Shown here piece after piece: positions 22,820 through 37,090 of a stretch of DNA of 64,000 nt. A program made the position numbers and the translations under genes. Each line of letters begins with the position of its first letter. Position 1 is the first letter of the stretch. Below the pieces are notes generated by a model. It made no database searches, was not told the origin of the DNA, and worked only from the letters and a program-made list of their open reading frames with translations. The DNA comes from Octopus vulgaris (Eukaryota), in the NCBI GenBank assembly GCA_951406725.2, contig OX597818.1:58032001-58096000 (forward strand), read 5' to 3'.

Positions 22820-23050
22820 ATCTATTGTATAAAATCGGTTCTGTCTGTGTGTGTGTGTGTCTTGTAGGATCTCGAGCATCCTCCATCCGATTGCGCTGAA
22901 ATTTCATATGTAGATACCGATGGTATTAGTGCGTGTATAAGTCTGGAAAAAATACAAAAAATCGATTCCAGCTGAGAATGCGATCGACAAAGCCGTGGGA
23001 AGATGCATTTGTACGCACAAGTACATCTGCTGTTGTGATCGATAAAATAT
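22820..23050 (+). mobile_element. Possible non-autonomous Helitron 5' fragment
   Basis: A|TCTATTGTATAAAA start followed by TCTGTCTGTGTGTG and CCGATTGCGCTGAAATTT; no 3' CTRR end seen. Confidence 0.45.
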
Positions 23051-23236
23051 ATAAGTTCTTTGGAATAGAAAAAAAGTCTATCTTTATTTCTTCTTTTGCT
23101 GGTGTCTCAAATTTAGGTTAAATCAGGGTTTCTCAAGGGGAGGCCTATGGAACGATCGGACAAGTTGTTTTGAGAAAATTTGGTTTAAATGTTTGACAAC
23201 TCAACACCGTCCATTGGAGGGGAGAGCGTTTTGCTC

Positions 23237-23293
<57 letters not shown>

Positions 23294-23309
23294 TATATAT
23301 ATATATATT

Positions 23310-23548
23310 GTTTCATGATCCATTTAAGTAGTGAGTTCTTGTTGAGTGAGTTGTATCTAGGTATGGGTGGCTTCTCTGGTATTCCTTAAAGAAATCTGTC
23401 CAGACTCCTTTTAAAGGTGATGCGATCTTTTACCTCTTTGATCAGTTTTGGGACTGTCAAACCGGGCAGAGCCTGTTGAGGATAAGAAATTACGTCGCAG
23501 TGTACCTATATGTTGTGATCCTGAATTGGACACGGGACGTATGGCCCA
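23310..23548 (-). mobile_element. CR1-group LINE ORF2 C-terminal relic
   Basis: Translates ...[36 protein letters not shown]...NSLL, homologous to GPQLFNILPK...FKTKLDLFLLGVPDEP...NSL. Confidence 0.75.
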
Positions 23549-23578
23549 TATATACATACATACATACATACATATATA

Positions 23579-23633
23579 TGATTGATTGATTGATTCCAGT
23601 TTCAGCTTATGAGCTGTGGCCATGCTGGGCACC

Positions 23634-23637
<4 letters not shown>
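23579..23637 (-). mobile_element. 58 bp 3'-tail-only insertion of the LINE-2nd family
   Basis: GGCGGTGCCCAGCATGGCCACAGCTCATAAGCTGAAACTGG(AATC)4, near-identical to 10793-10847; TA repeats on both sides. Confidence 0.9.
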
Positions 23638-23728
<91 letters not shown>

Positions 23729-23749
23729 AACAGTTGACTAAATTTGAAA

Positions 23750-24320
23750 GAAAGGAGCTAGAGCTCTGAAACTTTGCACGCATTTATTTCAACATATTTA
23801 TTTTTTATTAATGACTATGTTTACTTCTAGGCAAACAGAATGCGTTAAACGTAACTTATAGCGTCTTCTAATCACAAGGGGAGAAAAATTGGCCTCGTAG
23901 TGTTAACAATCACCTGCAGAAAAATGGTTTAGCCTCCTGTGTGATCCCCTAATGCAGTAGCCCTGTAAGCATGAACGTCCTGTTCATGCTTACAGGGCTA
24001 CTACATTAGGGGATCACACACCAAATTAATCAACAATGTAAAACTAAGCAACCGAATATAAGGGAAAAGAGAGTTTTGAAGATGACCCAGCATCTGGACG
24101 TCCTACAGCTACCATTATAAAGAAAGACATTGATCGAGTTAACCACGTGGTGATAGATAACAGGCGATGGGCTATAAAGTGAATAGCTGATGACATTATC
24201 ATATCTCCCGAGACAGTTGAGAATATTCTGAGCAATGAACTTGGCATGACGAGGCTGTCTGCTGTCTGAAACCTGATCAAAAGTGCACCAGGCTGTTGAC
24301 ATCACAATAAAATCTGCCGT
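23750..24320 (+). mobile_element. Mariner transposon relic (N-terminal transposase)
   Basis: GKESFEDDPASGRPTATIIKKDIDRVNHVVIDNRRWAIK*IADDIIISPETVENILSNELGMTRLSA resembles mariner EDDPRSGRP...LGM.KVSARWVP. Confidence 0.85.
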
Positions 24321-24824
24321 TTTATGGGTCAGATCCATATGGTTTCTTTGAGGATTTTCCAAACCAAGATGAGAGCTGGCGCCGTTGTACTTCTTCACCG
24401 AAATAACCGAATTTTATATTGGCCATTAATTTAATCATATGGGAATGACTATATATCGCAATGTTGATGGAAACCAAGTGAGATTGAGCGATATAATGCA
24501 AGCAGTTAAAAACAAAATCATGAATTCCTTTGAAGACATGCGCAGCTGATAATGACATTCTAATGTGAAATTAATCTTTGCAACATGTTATTCCTGCATG
24601 AAGGAAATATTATAGCCTGAAAGGGAATTGATGTCACAAATTTTCTAAATTGGAAATCCATCAAATAGAGTAATCTTTACTGCTAAGAAACACTGTCATG
24701 GTAGTTGTTCACTCTAGTAGTAAAATAGATTTGCTTAAACACATGAAAACATACTCCAATAATCAGGATAGATGTGTGATCAGGGATTGTACTTTGAAGC
24801 AGAGAGTCGGAATAAAGAATATGA

Positions 24825-25106
24825 GAATAGTCTTTTCTACTCTACGCACAAGGCCCGAATTTTTTTGGAAAGGGACCAGTTGATTAGATCTACCCCAGTC
24901 CGCAAGTAGTACTTTATTTATCGACCCCCAAAAGGATGAAACGCAACGCTAACCTCGCCGGAATTTGAACTCAGAACATAAAAACAGACGAAATACCGCT
25001 AAGCATTTCGCCCGGCGTGCTAACGTTTCTTATTTCTTTATTGCCCACAAGGGGCTAAACATGGAGGGGACAAGGAAGGGCAGACACACAAATACACACA
25101 CACACA

Positions 25107-25190
<84 letters not shown>

Positions 25191-25350
25191 CGACGGGCTT
25201 CTTTCAGTTTCCGTCTATCAAATCCACTCACAAGGCTTTGGTCGGCCCGAAGCTATAGTTGAAGACACCTGCCCAAGATGTCACGCAGTGGTACAGAACC
25301 CGTAACCATGTGGTTGGTAAGCAAGCTACTCACCACACAGCCACTCCTGG
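24825..25350 (-). mobile_element. Cluster: SINE family C (24825-25070) plus family B 5' half (25080-25350)
   Basis: Similarity to the reference copies at 56358 and 58200. Confidence 0.85.
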
Positions 25351-25489
25351 GCCCTAAACTTTATAAACTCCACGTGCACAATAAACCTATAAACAATATA
25401 GTGTAGCAAGGAAGGTAAATCCAACACATTTACAAAACGACCTCTCCAGAAGAATCTAAACTTGCTTTATGTAAGTATATACTATGACC

Positions 25490-26750
25490 AAGGCAGCGAT
25501 CTGGCAGAAACGTTAGCACCCCGGGCGAAATACTCTGCGGTATTTCGTCTGTCTTCACATTCTGAGTTTAAATTCCGTCAAGTTCGACTTTGCTTTTCAT
25601 CTTTTCGGGTTCGATAAATTAAGTACCAGTTGCTCACTGGCATCCATCTAATCCACTGGCTCCTTCTTCAAAAGTTTCTGGCCTTGTGCCTAGAGTAGAA
25701 AATGATATATACCATGAGCGTGATGCAATATGGTGGAAAAGCAACGGAGTGATTTTTGCGCAGAAGAATATTCCAAGTAACATCATGTCACAACCGATAC
25801 TGTCCTAAGATATGTTGAGAAACTACTGGATCAAAAATCCCATATGAGAAAAGATGGTTGATTAATAGCAGATAAAGCAGAGATGATGAAGAAATGCATA
25901 GGCAGCTCATTGAGAAGGTAAAAAAAAAAACATGTTCAGAAGAACAGATGACAATGACATTGATGTGCTATTCTAGTGGGGACTTTCACTGTGTTCGTAC
26001 AAAATGAATAAATAAATAAATAAATAAATAAATAAAACATGTGGTCAAAATACTGCAGGTCAATAGCTTCTATGTATAACATATACGCTGTGCGCTTGAA
26101 TGTTTTACTGTAGAGCGAATAAAAATGGAGATAATGATAAGACGGTAGAAGCAAAATATACTCTACCTCCTTATCAGCTTTCGCAAGTCTCCGAAAAGTA
26201 TTAATTTCCCAGAATCCTAAGTACGTAGGGCAAAATGCTTAGCAGTATTTCGTCTGATTTTACCGTCGAGGTGGACTTTGCCTTTCATCTTTCAGTGCTT
26301 CACAAAATAAACGCCAGTTAAAGACAGGGGTCGGTGTTATCGACTTTTCAACTCCCCGGCAATTGCTGGACTAATGCCAAAATTTGAAATCAATGAACCA
26401 ACTTCCCACCCATCATGACAATCATACTAAAAGTATTTACGTTGTGATCTCCGACGCAAACATTTTACCAAAAATACACACACAGATGTAATCAGTTACG
26501 TATTTCGCCTGGCGTGCTAACGTTTCTTATTTCTTTATTACCTACAAGGGGCTAAACATAGAGGGGACAAACAACGACAGACAAAGGGATTAAGTCGATT
26601 TCATCGACTCCAGTGCGTAACTGGTACTTAATTTATCGACCCCGAAAGGATGAAAGGCAAAGTCGACCGCGGCGGAATTTGAACTCAGAACACAAAAAAT
26701 ACAGCTACGCATTTCTCCCGGCGTGCTATCTTCTCTTCCAGCTCGCTACC
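25490..26750. mobile_element. Three SINE family C copies (25490-25705 +, 26225-26395 +, 26500-26750 -)
   Basis: Core GCCTTTCATCCTTTCGGGGTCGAT-like motif in each. Confidence 0.8.
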
Positions 26751-27901
26751 TAGAAACTGCATGAATATTAGCTAAAATAATGTTATGCTATATTGGCTAA
26801 TGAAGCATTAGCATACATGTAACATAATATGCAAATTCACATATCTTCTTCCCTGTACATTGTAATGAAACTTACAGAAATTTCAGTAGAGTAAGAAATG
26901 AAAAAAATTAATACGTTATTATAGTGCATAACCTCCTTTAAGCAATTTTATTTTAAACTTCATCAACCATTTAAAATTATGCTAAAGGATACGTGTCACA
27001 ACAGGAAAACATGTAAGAAATCTAGAGTAAATAACGTTCAATCTTAAAAGTAGTTAACAGCTTAGAAACAAAATGTTAAACAACCAAAATATTCAATAAA
27101 ACTAAATTATTGAAATGCTTTAAACTTCGTGTTTTATTTGTGGATGATATATTAAAAATATGAGTACGTTACATTTCAAATCACTTTTAAACATTTCCTT
27201 CTACAACTTATTACAGGTTACGTTTGCATGCTAAAGAAACATTTTCTAGATCATTGCATTCATGTCTTTGATATTATATTTAGTTAAAATCACATAAAAG
27301 TTATTTAATATTTCATGTTTAGTTGCAAACGGTTTTGTTCTTTTAAATCAAAATCCATAAGTATTATATTCCCGATTTTAACGTGATTGATATCAGCCCT
27401 CTCCAGAGAGAAATGTTTCAAATTTTCTCGCTACATTCAAGAATTAAAAAAACAACAAGTTTACTTCATATTTTAACAAATCCTCATTGCATATATTTTA
27501 TGACTACAATCTTTGATGTTAAAATAAATTTCAGCTATTAAAATGGAAGCCATGTACGCGCAGCCATTTTATGTATTTCCACAAGTATTACAATAAGAAA
27601 TGAAATCAATTATTTTAGGTAGGCAATAGAAAATATATTTCACGCCAACTACATTTCCCTTGAGTAAGAAACGTTTTCGGATTACCTATGCAAACGTACA
27701 GAAATCAGATGAAAGGGAATATTTCTGAAATTATGAAAATGAAGTCCAACTTCAGGAATTGTAAATTTTACATCTCCCAAGCCACAGATTGCAAAACTTT
27801 TAGTTAAATATGTGTCATACGATAACATATTTTTGGTTGCAAAATATTATTAAAATTTTTTAAAATATAGACATCAGAAAATATACGAAACAAAATATTT
27901 C

Positions 27902-28141
27902 TATTGGGTTGGTGCACAACTATTGCGGCGTTTTTCAATAAATCTAATTTAACAAAAGTAGTAACAATATTTAATAAAAAACATCTCTAAATGACAGTGT
28001 GACCGTCTTCCAAGCAAATGCAAAGCAGTAGATGGTGAATATGCTCTGAAATAATCATTTAAAGATGCTTTTGTTACATGTTATTATTTTTGTTGAATAA
28101 AATTTGCTAAAAGAATGCCGCAATAATTATGCACCAATATA
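27902..28141. mobile_element. Mariner-derived MITE
   Basis: TA TTGGGTTGGTGCACAACTATTGCGGC ... GCCGCAATAATTATGCACCAA TA; imperfect inverted repeats extend ~90 bp inward. Confidence 0.8.
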
Positions 28142-28739
28142 TTTCTATATCTTCAAACTAAGCCGAATTATTTTTTTCTGAAGCGATAACCGCACATGTT
28201 ACGGACAAACTTCTACCAATAAAGGGAAATATCCTCGAGCAATTAATAACTAAATTCTATAAAATTGTAAGGAACTCCCATATAAAAATTCAAGAATTAG
28301 AATCTATAAATTTATGTATTCCACATAATACTTATAAAAGTGAAAAAAGTAATAAACGTTTGATAATCACATAGAGAACGAAGGAAAATATTTGATATTT
28401 TCGAGTAATAAATCTATCTTTATTCTCATAAATTTTTAATATAATTTTTTTTTATTCTTCGTTCGCTGTTAAATATTTTATTTCCTTTCAAATAGGTCAC
28501 TGAATATATTGAGTACATTTGAAAATGCATACATTACGCATGAATTTATACCTATATTTCTGTAACTAAGTGTGCTCTAAAAACAAAGGTTTAGAGTTTG
28601 ATGAGTGTATGTCAGGTTCTTTTAAAACTCAAATTATATTATGCTTGATCGGAAAATATTAGGATAGGTAATTATTTTTGGATGAATTTTATTACTGACC
28701 TGGTAAGCTTCAGTGCACCATGAAATCATATACTGGAGT

Positions 28740-29560
28740 TTAAACTTCTGTACTGCTTAAAGCATTGTACTGCTTAAAGCGTTTTGTACGGTTAAAGCAT
28801 TGGAGCCTTGATCTCTCCAGTACCACCATAGGTACTACAAAATTTGCAGGATTTGGAGAATATGTCATTTGCATTGAAGAGACATCCTTAACTTTAGCTA
28901 CTGAAAAATAAGACACTTCGGAAATAAACAGTTCCAGTCTGCATAATATATCTTTAATGATTGTAGGTCATTACATTTGAGAGTAAGGAATGACCAAGGA
29001 ATGTATTTCAGGTTTTGTCAGAATTCCCTACTTCTTCTGTGTCCGGCCACACTTTGAATACTCCTGCTCCCTGTAGTCTCCACACACTAAAAAACATTAC
29101 GAGAAATGAGTCATCCTACAGTGCATACACTAAGAAAGTAAGAGCATGACCGATCTCGATTGCTGGGACCCGCTTAAATCATGAGATCCTTGTCCACTCC
29201 ACTACCACCGTAGGTGCTACAAAATTTGCACAATTTGGAGAATATACCATTTGCATTGAGCAATACTAGATATTAGATTCAAAATTCATCCATAGCTGGG
29301 GACACCTGCCATACACGCCCTACACAATTCAATATGATAAAATGTAAATTCGCTGCAGTATAATTTCTGTTTCCGAAGGAACACTGCTCATTCTTGTATA
29401 GACCCTGCTCTATTTGAAATTATTCCAAAACAAATCACAGAATGAAAAGTACTCACCGCCTTCAAAACGAACCTGCACAAATTTCTTCAAGGAATACCAG
29501 ATAAGCCAAACATACCTGGACAAATCTCAGTCAACAACATATTCTCCACCTCTTGAATTG
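28740..29560 (+). mobile_element. Highly decayed CR1-group LINE ORF2 3' region with a ~65 bp internal duplication
   Basis: PHFEYSCSL*SPH, YTKKV, CWDPLK, YKICTIWRI, PALFEIIPK, FKTNLHKFLQGIPDKP align with the C-terminus of the intact ORF2. Confidence 0.72.
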
Positions 29561-29858
29561 AACATTACGATAAAATATGACTTTAAAATTACTTCACAAA
29601 TCCTACTAGTTGCTGTTATTAAGTCACACATTGTCTCGGGTAAACTTTGGCCGTATAATATATAAGTTATTTATCGAGATGATTGTCCCGTGTATATTTT
29701 AAGAAATAATTATTTATTACATGATTGATTGTTTCGTTCGAACTGTTAATATTTGAACGTCCAATTTCTTCGTGCTTATTGCCATATATAAGATATATAC
29801 ATTTGATTTATTGCAGTAGTAATATTCTAATCGGAATCTAGTTAACAGAAAAAAATAT

Positions 29859-30732
29859 TACGATAGAACCGTTTTTGAAATGCAGTATCCAGGATAGATA
29901 TCTATAATTGTATAAACTGATATCGTAGTTTCTCATCATTTGATTAAAATCTTATCTCAGTCTGTAAACACAGTTATATTTTAAGTTCAGATAGGGCACG
30001 AGAGTTCATTTGCTTGGGCTAATCTTAGAATGCATTATGCATGAGGATTTAAATGGATAATGATATGCTGCCTTAATAGCATCATTATCTTCTTGAACCT
30101 ATTCTTCAAAAAGCACTTGTTAAACCTCTTCGCTTTTATAATTTAACGTTTTTAATACAGAAGATTATATATTTGCATCTTGACGTAAGGATATCATGCC
30201 CGATTCCCACACGCCACCTGCTCTTGTTAGCATTTATTGGCCCAGGCACAGACATCTCAAATTGTAGTCGATTGGAAAAATAAATTAATGACTACGATAG
30301 ATCTGTTTTTGAAATGCAATATCCCGGATAGATTTCTATATTTGTACAAACTGATATCGTAGTTAACGCATCATTTGTTTAAAATATTATCTCAATCTGC
30401 AGACACAGTTATATTTTAAGTTCAGATAGGGCACGAGAGTTCATCTGCTTGAGCTAATCTCCTTAGAATGCATTATGCATGAGGATTTAAATGGATAATG
30501 ATATGCTGCCTTAATAGCATCATTATCTTCTTGAACTTATTCTTTAAAAATCACTTGTTAAACCTCTTCGCTTTTATAATTTCACGTTTTTGATACAGAA
30601 GATAATATATTTGCATCTTGACGTAAGGGTATCATGCCAGATTCTCACACGCCATCTGCTCTTGTTAGTATTTATTGGCCCAGGCACAGACATTTCAAAT
30701 TGTAGTCGACTGGAAAAATAAATGAATGACTA
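29859..30732. repeat. Direct tandem duplication, ~435 bp x2
   Basis: 29859-30292 versus 30293-30732 colinear with scattered substitutions. Confidence 0.95.
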
Positions 30733-31454
30733 TAGGCTCAACAGTGAGAAGATTTATCTTCTAATATGATTTATATTTCTGAATTTGAAACATTTGATAT
30801 CATAGACAAAAATTATGTCTGAATATCAAACGGTTTAGACACTTCGTTTTTCGTGATATTGATAAGATTTATCAATTTCATGTATGTTACGCAAGCAAGC
30901 GCTTGCCAATATCGATATGTCAAAATCATATTAACAAAATTGTTTAATCTACAAACAAGAAATATGATTTTGTGCAGTAGATTGTGTTATATATTCTTTA
31001 TTTGATCAGCGATCAGTGGTTATAGGTATCGTCGAACTGTAAATGCTTTCTAGTCATAAATATTGTTAACTCGAATTTCGTTACAGAAAGTACGACCATT
31101 ATTGCATTATCCAATATATTTCAATTTGTGAAGCAGTATCATATGAACTAACCGAGTGCCACATGTTTTTACTAAAAGATTGATTCTACATCCTAAGCAA
31201 GAGTATAAAGTTGACTGATTCCATTTCTTCTGTAGATATATACCCGAGTCCATTCCCTAAATGAGAATAAAGAATATTCAGTTCTTATATAAAAAGAAGC
31301 CATCGTAGATAGCCTTATTTGCATTGTTGTGATTTAGATATATCAGCATTAATTAAACCATATATATTTTGTGATCAACAGAATAAAAATTGGAATTGCC
31401 AAAATAAAACATAAAAAGCACTTGACGTGATAATATGTTATAAGAATTGAAACA

Positions 31455-31578
31455 TATTTCGGGGTCGATAAATTAAGTACCAGTTACGCACTGTGGTCGA
31501 TCTAATCGACTTAATCCCGTAGTCTGTCCTTGTTTGTCCCCTCTATGTTTAGCCACTTGTGGGTAATAAAGAAATAAG
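31455..31578 (+). mobile_element. SINE family C 3' fragment
   Basis: TTTCGGGGTCGATAAATTAAGTACCAG...AATAAAGAAATA. Confidence 0.85.
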
Positions 31579-32556
31579 AATTGAAGCATATTACTTCAAC
31601 TCTTGCAACGTATAGAAATACATTAATGAAGGACTGAGTTAAGTGCGCGTTGCTTAACCATATAAAACGCGCTTTAGCTGGATAGTAGTGCGACATGCAA
31701 TGAAAATTAGAGGAAAATAGGATGAGCGTGTTATGTTAGGGTTCGAAATTTTAACCAATATGGAAGACAGCTGAAGGGAAGAAAGACACCGACTGAAAAC
31801 TTAAACCAACATGACATATATAAATGTAACTTGAAATGGACGATGGAAAATTCTTTGTGATTCGTGTCACAGAAAGATCATGGAAGTGGTGCTGAAGTTA
31901 ATTCGAGAGAATAATGCTGAGAATGACAGAAGAAATGACAAAATGTGAGACGAATAGGAATATACTCATGCGGGAAAACAACATGACATGTGAGCATGAC
32001 GAGACAAACTATATAATGTTTCTAATAATTATCATTATTTTAACGTCGAATTTTATCTGCTCGCATGAGTCGAAATAAGTATTCTTAAAAACATCACTAG
32101 TCATGCTCACACACATATACTTATATAGTATAGTATAGTAAAGTCTGCTAAAAATAACTCTGCTGGAAATATACTCTAAACAAACCATAATTCCCATAAT
32201 TCTGGTAGGAAAAGAATAATTTCCTTTATTCAATGCATTATATCAAATACATATGAGATGACCCCTTCCTCGATATATTTTCAAATAAATAAAGATTTAG
32301 AGTTAGATATGCCTAGAAAATATTTGATCAGATTGCTACCGAATCAACCACGACCAAAAGATAACTCGTTATAAAATCTGCGAAAAGTAATCTGATTAAA
32401 TTTCCAGGATGTGAATTACGCATCATTTTAAGCGTTGTTTTGCCCGCCTTTGTCTATACACTGAGATGGTGTTAATCGTATTTTCTTTCTAGTTATGTGT
32501 AAAAAATAAGCTAATAATTTAAATCAATAACAAAGGCATGTAAATTTATGATGATG

Positions 32557-32600
<44 letters not shown>

Positions 32601-32869
32601 CTGCTCATATCCTACGCAAAATACTTTCTATGTACTCTCAAGGTTTAAAACAAACATAATTTTCGGTTTAAAAAAAATTTTTTTTTTTAGACATTCATTA
32701 GTACAACACCAAACACCCCCCCCCAAAAAAAAAAATATGGCACACTAGGCATAACAACAACATGAACTTCCAACCTGTTGTCTCTTGAGGTCTCTGGGTG
32801 AGACTTGGAGCCAACTTGTACAAATATAAAGCAAAAGTCAAACATAGAATAATAATAATAATAATAATA

Positions 32870-34040
32870 TTAAGGCCAACAATTTTGAGGGAAAGGAAGT
32901 CGGTTACATCGACACCAGCGCTCAAATGATACTTATATTATCGACGTCGATAGATAAAATGTACAGTAGATTTCGTTGCGCTTCGAACTCAGAATCCAAA
33001 GAGCAGTTGTGAACGACGCATATTCGATAATTTTGCCTGACGCGTTAATGTTTCTGCCACATCGCTGCCTTAAAGTATTTCAAATATTAACACAACGCCG
33101 GTAATTTTCGTAGAGGCATTGGTTTGTCTCTTTCATTGATGTCAGTGCTCACGTGATACTATATTGTACCAGCCCTCAGAGAATGAAAAGCAACACTGAA
33201 CTTGCTAGGACATGAACTCAGTGCTTATACAATTATCGCAAAGAAATTTCCAACGTTGTAACGATATTATCAACTTGTAGCATTTTAATAATAATAATAA
33301 CAACAATATTAATATTACTATCTACTTTATGCACAGTGACTGAAGTTTGTAGAAGAGAGCTTGTCGATTACAGCAACCCATTTGGTTGAGTGATGATTAT
33401 TTAATCGACTCTGAAAGGATGAAAGGTAAAGTTGATGTTAGCGGAATTCCAGCTCCGAATGTGAAGACTTTCGGAATGCATTGTGCCTAAGGTCCTAACG
33501 AGTCTGCTAGATCGCCACCTTGGAACTAATAATTCTTATATCTCATTTATAATTCGTCATTTAAATTATAAAATTATAAAGTGGGGATTTACATAAAATA
33601 AAAGGCAGAGTTGCAAGGAAAAGGAAAAAAAAAATATGAATACCCGTTTCATCAAAACCTTCTGATTGAAAGTGATACATAAGTACGGCCAATAAGGGAA
33701 CCCACATATCCAAAACTCCATCCTTCATCTACATCATGTCCGTGTTGTTTCTGTTGACATGCTGATTCATTATCGGTATAGGTATTAACATTATCTACCG
33801 TGTTCTTGCTTCCATTCTGAAATATTTATTATAAATTTTGACACAACGCCAGCAACTTCGGGGCAGAGCGTAATTCGATTACATCGACCCCAGTGTTTGA
33901 ATGGTACTTATTTTATAGAACCCGAAATGATGAAAGGCAAATATCGACCTCGGCGGTATTTGAACTCAAAGCGTAAAACGGACGAAATTCCGCTGAGCTT
34001 TTAATTCGGCATGCTCTCGATTAAGTCAGCTGGCCGCCTT
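32870..34040 (-). mobile_element. Four old SINE family C copies (~32870-33070, 33090-33290, 33315-33520, 33835-34040)
   Basis: Degenerate gatgaaaggcaaa / gaactcaga / tcgctgcc motifs. Confidence 0.7.
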
Positions 34041-36063
34041 CCATTGAGAAATACGGAAAATTGAGCAGAACTGCTTCTCTCACTGGTACTGTCACAGTGG
34101 ATAATTTTATGATTATATTTAACTGGTATGTGATGTTGGCAATGGTAGGGCCTTTACTATCTTACACCTCTTGAAAAGCAACTTCTGGCAAAAGATTTGG
34201 ATTGTAGACGGCTTCTAATACAAGAATGGGGCACTAAGTAACTTGACTTTGAGTTCTAAATAAACAGCCTTTCCAATTGTACTAGTAAAACAAATGATAT
34301 TGTCAACTATAATTTCTGCAACCTCTGTTATCAATAAAACCTTCTTCTCACTCTGTCACAAACTATCTATTCCAGCCTCATTCTCACTTCATTTTTCTTG
34401 AAAAATAAACTCATAAGAATAGAATTCGATAGAAATTTCTGTAAATAAATATTTAATTTGAATAGGATCATCCAATAATTCAGATCTTTTTTATAGCTAT
34501 GCGTTTCACTTTTTTTTCTTTTTTGCAATCAAAGAGTATTAGAATAGAATCAGGAAAGTGCCGGTGACACCGCGGGAAGACAATAGAATGCGTGGAAGAT
34601 TGCTTTACATCAAAACGAAACCAGACAAAATAAAGTCATTAAGCATTTAAGCATGAAACCATTCCATTCCTAGTCTAAGTCTTATCAGCAATTAATGTGG
34701 GGCTTCTATCTACATATTCTCATATCACACAATAGCAAAACAGTTACATATAAACAAAATAATTTCTTTTCTCTTTGTCTTCAAAAATTTTGGCTTATAT
34801 CTCTACACTATTACAATTTGGTTTGCAATAAACAGTACTGATAGTTAAGGCTTCAGAACTTCGGCAAGAATGTCAATGCTTTCTTGACTGCATTGATGTC
34901 TAACTCTTTTGCTTTGTGAATACATAACCATTGTCATCAAAAATGAAACGAATTTCGAATAATGGTTGTTTACTTCAGAAGTGTAGCAGTGACGTAGAGC
35001 AACATAGATTTCCGAAAAAATAAATATTCTCTGTATGTTATGAGAGAATTAAGTGTATCTGTAATGACGAATGAAAACACATTTTGGTTACAGGTGAATA
35101 GAGATAGACTTAAAGAGAAATATATGAATAGAAATATCAGAAACACAAAGAGAAAGACAGCACAATACATGTAGTTGTATATTTATATGGAAATGGCAAA
35201 GTAAGGTTAGTAAGGAGAAGAGAAAGTGAAAAGGAGAGAGATAAGAACAGGTTAAAATAGCTGTAAGCTGCACGAGAGTGAATCGGAAACGGCATGAATG
35301 AATCTCAGTCAAATCTACATCAAATAAAATTATAGAATCGTGGATTATATTGGATTTTAATATTATATATGCTGAGCTGAACGAAGAAACAAAGAACGAT
35401 AACCAAGGTTGTAAAACCTCTGATAATGTCAGGCATAAAGATATGTATTTACTGAAATATATATGTGATGGAAACACGCAGAGAGAAAGAAAAGAAGTGA
35501 TAAGAAATGACACAGGAAACCTCACAAGCGGTAGTATCAGCATTTGCAGGAACACATTTCTAAGAAGTTTATATTCTTAGAGACTAAAAATAAAGGCAAT
35601 TGAAAATTAAATTACACCAAACGATAAATAAATATTTGAACAGTAGAGTAAAATATAAGTGCAGTACAGAAGACACATATATCCAGAGAAAAACGATAGA
35701 CAAACAAATATATTTGTTTGGTAAATGGCTTACAGGAATATATTCAAAGTCATTATGAAAAGAAATAATATATCCAATAACAGATGCGTTGATAGATATG
35801 AGGATGCAATTAATAAAGAAAAAACAGACTCTTAAATACATTTGCTTCCGCGTGATTGTGTGTGTGAGTATGTATATGAGGCGTTTATAAAGTGTATACG
35901 GATGAGTATACATTCATAAACAGTTTGTTATATGTAGGTTTCAAACTGAAAATAAAAATCCAAACGTGAGACACGATCTATTGATTTTAAAATAAACAAA
36001 AACATGCACACACAGACAAACACACAAACACACACATGCATATAAATAAATATATACACAGAT

Positions 36064-36098
<35 letters not shown>

Positions 36099-36159
36099 GC
36101 TTTTATTATCATCATTATTATTATTATTATTATTATTATATTATTATTATTATTATTAT

Positions 36160-36650
36160 TGCCTGAGACAGCAGCGCATACCATCAATGTAACACTAGGG
36201 TACAAATATAGGAAGCCTAACATACCCATCTTGAGTACCCGTCTCATAAGGGTACACCGGGCACATGCATCACATACCTATGTGCGTGACATGGTGATCT
36301 CATATCAAAATAAACAGTACACGACTTTGTAGTTGAGGTATGATTACAATTTTCTTCACGTCGAGTAGCCCATCCCACACAAGGGGTTCCTGAAAAAAAG
36401 GTTTCTTTTATGGATGATGGAAAAAGCACCCATGTTTCCAGAGTTGAATTATTCAACCCCACCCCAAAATTCCGCTCAGTATATGGCTGTGAAGCTCCCA
36501 CACTACTTCTGATCGTGATCAGAGATGCACATATCGTCAGCCACTAAGGGATTCGCTCAACTGGTTATGGTCGAACAACTGACAAGCAATTGTGAGGAAT
36601 TGAACAGAATATTTGATATTGCCCATCATTTATACCAAGACAAAACAATC
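36160..36650 (+). repeat. Unclassified interspersed repeat following an (ATT)n tract
   Basis: 3' part homologous to 20975-21200. Confidence 0.7.
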
Positions 36651-36830
36651 TATTGGGTTGACAACTAAGTTTCTGCCGTTTCTTTTAAATTTTGGAATTT
36701 ATTGCATAAAAATATTTTTCTCAAGAAGTTTTTAAATATTAAGCAGTAATGTGTGTATGAGTGTAAATGCATGCATTTTACAAGCACATACACTTATTCA
36801 CACATTACTGCTTAATCTTTAAAACCTAGG
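36651..36830. mobile_element. Mariner-type TIR fragment followed by a ~95 nt hairpin
   Basis: TA TTGGGTTGACAACTAAGTT; inverted repeat 36730-36824. Confidence 0.55.
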
Positions 36831-36993
36831 TCGGTAATCTAATTAACTGTGTATAAAATGAAATTACTCCTGTAAGTGTATGCTTACCAAGAGACACTTT
36901 TGCAAGGTGTCATGCAGTAAGACTGAACCAGGAACCGTGCGGATGGGACGCAACGTTCTTACCACACCACCTGCATCTCTCCCCCTCTCTCTC

Positions 36994-37026
<33 letters not shown>

Positions 37027-37029
37027 ACG

Positions 37030-37090
<61 letters not shown>

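Noticed and set aside
31690-32010. Possible RTE-type LINE 3' relic
   Set aside because: Only a faint purine-rich resemblance; too decayed to support
35088-35913. Hydrophobic 155 aa and 109 aa minus-strand ORFs
   Set aside because: Explained by A/G strand skew; non-ATG or weak starts, no domain or splice support
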